Below, in pieces: positions 26,310-28,469 of a stretch of 28,469 nt of DNA. The notes beneath the pieces were generated by a model. That model was not told the origin of the DNA. It worked only from the letters and a program-made list of their open reading frames with translations, and made no database searches. The translations under genes and the position numbers were made by a program. Source of the stretch: Meiothermus sp. (GTDB taxonomy: Bacteria; Deinococcota; Deinococci; Deinococcales; Thermaceae). The stretch is taken from positions 1 to 28,469 of the forward strand of contig JANRLD010000037.1 in NCBI GenBank assembly GCA_033762915.1, given 5' to 3'. The first letter of the stretch is position 1. Every line of letters begins with the position of its first letter.

Positions 26310-26885
26310 ATGGACACAAAGTTGGACACGGCAGGCGGAAACGTGGGAACATGGGTGCGGTTCGCGCTGGTGTTCATGGTGCTGTGCGGGCTGGTTTACC
26401 CGGTACTGACAACGCTGTTGGGCGGCGTGCTGTTTCCCGCCCAGGCGCGGGGGAGTCTGCTCGAGCAGGGCGGACGGGTGGTGGGCTCCGGGCTGATTGG
26501 TCAGCCGTTCAGCTCCGAGCGCTACTTCATCGGGCGGCCCTCGGCGGCGGGCTACGACCCCAGGGCGGCGGCAGGCTCCAACCTGGCCACCTCCAACCCG
26601 GCCCTGCGCGAGCGGGTACAGGCCGACGCGAACACGGTTGCCCAGCGCGAGGGCATTGCGGTTGACCAAATCCCGCCCGACCTCCTGGCTGCCTCCGGCT
26701 CCGGCCTCGACCCCCACATCTCGCCCGAGGCGGCGCGCATACAGGTGGCGCGGGTGGCCAGGGCGCGCGGCCTCACACCCCAGCAGGTGCAGCGGCTCGT
26801 GGATGCCCACACCGAGCGCGGATTCCTGGGCAACCCCAGGGTCAACGTGTTGCGGCTGAACCTGGCGCTGGACAACTCGAGGTGA
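26310..26885 (+). CDS. kdpC: K+-transporting ATPase subunit C
   Basis: GLVYP, FPAQARGSL, GSGLIGQPF, SGSGLDPHIS, PRVNVLRLNLALD. Start uncertain (26295 or 26310). Confidence 0.95.
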   Translation: MDTKLDTAGGNVGTWVRFALVFMVLCGLVYPVLTTLLGGVLFPAQARGSLLEQGGRVVGSGLIGQPFSSERYFIGRPSAAGYDPRAAAGSNLATSNPALRERVQADANTVAQREGIAVDQIPPDLLAASGSGLDPHISPEAARIQVARVARARGLTPQQVQRLVDAHTERGFLGNPRVNVLRLNLALDNSR

Positions 26886-26950
26886 AACCTGGTGCCCGGC
26901 GCTGGCTCTAACCCTTCCGATTTTTCGACCCCCGACCTACCCCTTCCGAC

Positions 26951-28057
26951 ATGAACGACCCCTCCCCCGACGAACTCCTCAAGGCCATCCTCAAGTCCAG
27001 CCGCGGCCGCCACAAAATTTTCGTAGGCGCAGCGGCCGGGGTGGGCAAAACCTTCCGGGCCTTGCAGGAGATTCGAGAAGCCCTCGAGGCGGGTCAGGAC
27101 GCCCTGATTGGCTACCTCGAGACCCACGGCCGGGCCGAGACCGTCAGGGCCGCCGAGGGCCTGCCGGTGTTCCCGCGCCGGGAGGTCGAGCACGGCGGCG
27201 TCAGGCTCCCCGAGATGGACCTGGACGGGTTGCTCGAGCGCCGTCCCGCGCTGGCGCTGGTGGACGAACTGGCCCACACCAACGCCCCCGGCAGCCGCAA
27301 CCCCAGGCGCTGGCAGGACGTGGAGGAGCTGCTGAGCGCGGGCATCTCGGTCGTCTCGACCATGAACGTCCAGCACCTCGAGTCGGTCAACGACCTGGTG
27401 GCGCGGCTCACCGGCGTGCGCGTGAAAGAGCGGGTACCCGACAAGGTGCTCAATGGGGCCGACGAGGTAGTGCTGGTGGACCTGACCCCCGAGGCGCTGC
27501 GCGAGCGGCTGCGGGCGGGCAAGATTTACCCAAAGGAGAAGATCGAGCAGAGCTTGCAAAACTTCTTCACGGCCGAGAACCTGGCGGCCCTGCGCGAGCT
27601 GGCCCTGCGCAGCGTGGCCGACAAGGTAGAAGACGACGCCAGCGAAGCCGAGGCGTCCAGGGCCCTCAAGGAGCGCATCTGCGTGGCCGTCACCGAGAAG
27701 CCCCGCGACGCGCTACTGATCCGGCGGGGGGCCAGGATGAGCCATCGGCTTAAGGGCGACCTTTACGTGGTCTACGTGCGGCACAAGCGCCTGAGCCGCC
27801 AGGAGGAGCGCTCCCTCGACCAGAACCGGGTGCTGGCGGAGAGCCTGCAGGGGAGGTTTGAAATCCTCGAAGGCCGCGACGTGGCGGGGCTGCTGGCGCG
27901 CTTCGTCAAGGCGCACGACATCACCCAGCTCGTGATGGGCGAGAACCGCAAACCTTCCTGGATGGACTTCTTCCGGGGCTCGACCCTGCGCCGGGTGCTG
28001 GCCCTGACCTCCGACATAGACGTACACATCATTGACCGGCCCCTCCCCGGCGACTGA
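26951..28057 (+). CDS. kdpD: Truncated KdpD: N-terminal sensor domain plus USP domain, with no TM or kinase domain
   Basis: KIFVGAAAGVGKT, ETHGR, LVDELAHTN, RWQDVEELL, NVQHLES, LRELALR, followed by a USP-like domain; ends at 368 aa. Confidence 0.92.
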   Translation: MNDPSPDELLKAILKSSRGRHKIFVGAAAGVGKTFRALQEIREALEAGQDALIGYLETHGRAETVRAAEGLPVFPRREVEHGGVRLPEMDLDGLLERRPALALVDELAHTNAPGSRNPRRWQDVEELLSAGISVVSTMNVQHLESVNDLVARLTGVRVKERVPDKVLNGADEVVLVDLTPEALRERLRAGKIYPKEKIEQSLQNFFTAENLAALRELALRSVADKVEDDASEAEASRALKERICVAVTEKPRDALLIRRGARMSHRLKGDLYVVYVRHKRLSRQEERSLDQNRVLAESLQGRFEILEGRDVAGLLARFVKAHDITQLVMGENRKPSWMDFFRGSTLRRVLALTSDIDVHIIDRPLPGD

Positions 28058-28078
28058 CGGGCGGCGGCAAAAAAGGCC

Positions 28079-28200
28079 TAAGTTGCGCCATAGTGAGATT
28101 GCAGGACTTCAGCACAGCCTCATCAGCGAGCGGCTTGTGGGCGCAATTGCCCGATCCATCGGCGGGTGCGGATGCTGCAATTCCACTATGGAGATACTTA
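28079..28200 (+). repeat. Structured element family A, copy 3 (122 nt, diverged interior)
   Basis: TAAGTTGCGCCATAGTGAGATTGCAG...GGCGCAATT...CTGCAATTCCACTATGGAGATACTTA, flanked by AGGCC on both sides. Confidence 0.8.
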
Positions 28201-28300
28201 AGGCCCGGCCCCCGCAACTCGCGGGGCTTCGGGCGTTCGCGTTGATGGGGAGGGGATTGCTCGAGGCCGCCCAAACCCTGGCTTCCTCTCCCCTCGCCGC

Positions 28301-28469
28301 TCAGCCCTGCATCACGGCTCCCTTGCCGCGCAGGTTCTCGGGTATCCACTCGCCGTGGGCCGCCAGCAGCTCATCCACCAGGCTCCAGATCTGGTCCAGG
28401 TCCAGCTCCGCCGCAGTGTGCGGGTCCAGCATGGCCGCGTGGTACAGGTGCTCTCGCCTGCCAGTGAGC
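28301..28469 (-). CDS. melA: C-terminal end of a glycoside hydrolase family 4 alpha-galactosidase (partial)
   Basis: Minus strand reads LTGRREHLYHAAMLDPHTAAELDLDQIWSLVDELLAAHGEWIP...*, the characteristic MelA C-terminus. Confidence 0.85.
   Translation of the reverse strand, partial: LTGRREHLYHAAMLDPHTAAELDLDQIWSLVDELLAAHGEWIPENLRGKGAVMQG

Overview
GC-rich (roughly 68% by eye) chromosomal segment. It is most likely from a Meiothermus/Calidithermus-type member of Deinococcota; this is inferred from gene content, leaderless -10 boxes and the kdp layout. Gene order: probable transposase 3' end, small cupin, topA, tRNA-Lys(UUU), OmpR/BaeSR-like two-component pair, an exported DUF3500-HupE/UreJ-EF-hand operon, an atypical SDR, a SARP/NB-ARC/TPR regulator, a GrpB-nucleotidyltransferase fusion, a DUF2334-like lipoprotein, gltX, a NarL-type regulator plus kinase divergent from kdpF-(peptide)-kdpABC-truncated kdpD, and the 3' end of melA. 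Highlights: (1) TopA ends in three tandem ~67-aa repeats resembling sigma-70 region 4 helix-turn-helix domains. (2) A dispersed 115-155 nt element (3 copies) has a covarying, strand-specific fold, an alternative pairing and 5-bp flanking direct repeats. (3) A second modular MITE-like repeat family is present. (4) The palindrome CTCGAG is about 10-fold enriched, and one site coincides with an Arg at a normally hydrophobic KdpB position. (5) The SDR has Asp in place of the catalytic Tyr. (6) The kdp locus has two unannotated small ORFs and a perfect 7-2-7 operator. All calls come from reading by eye; no searches were run.
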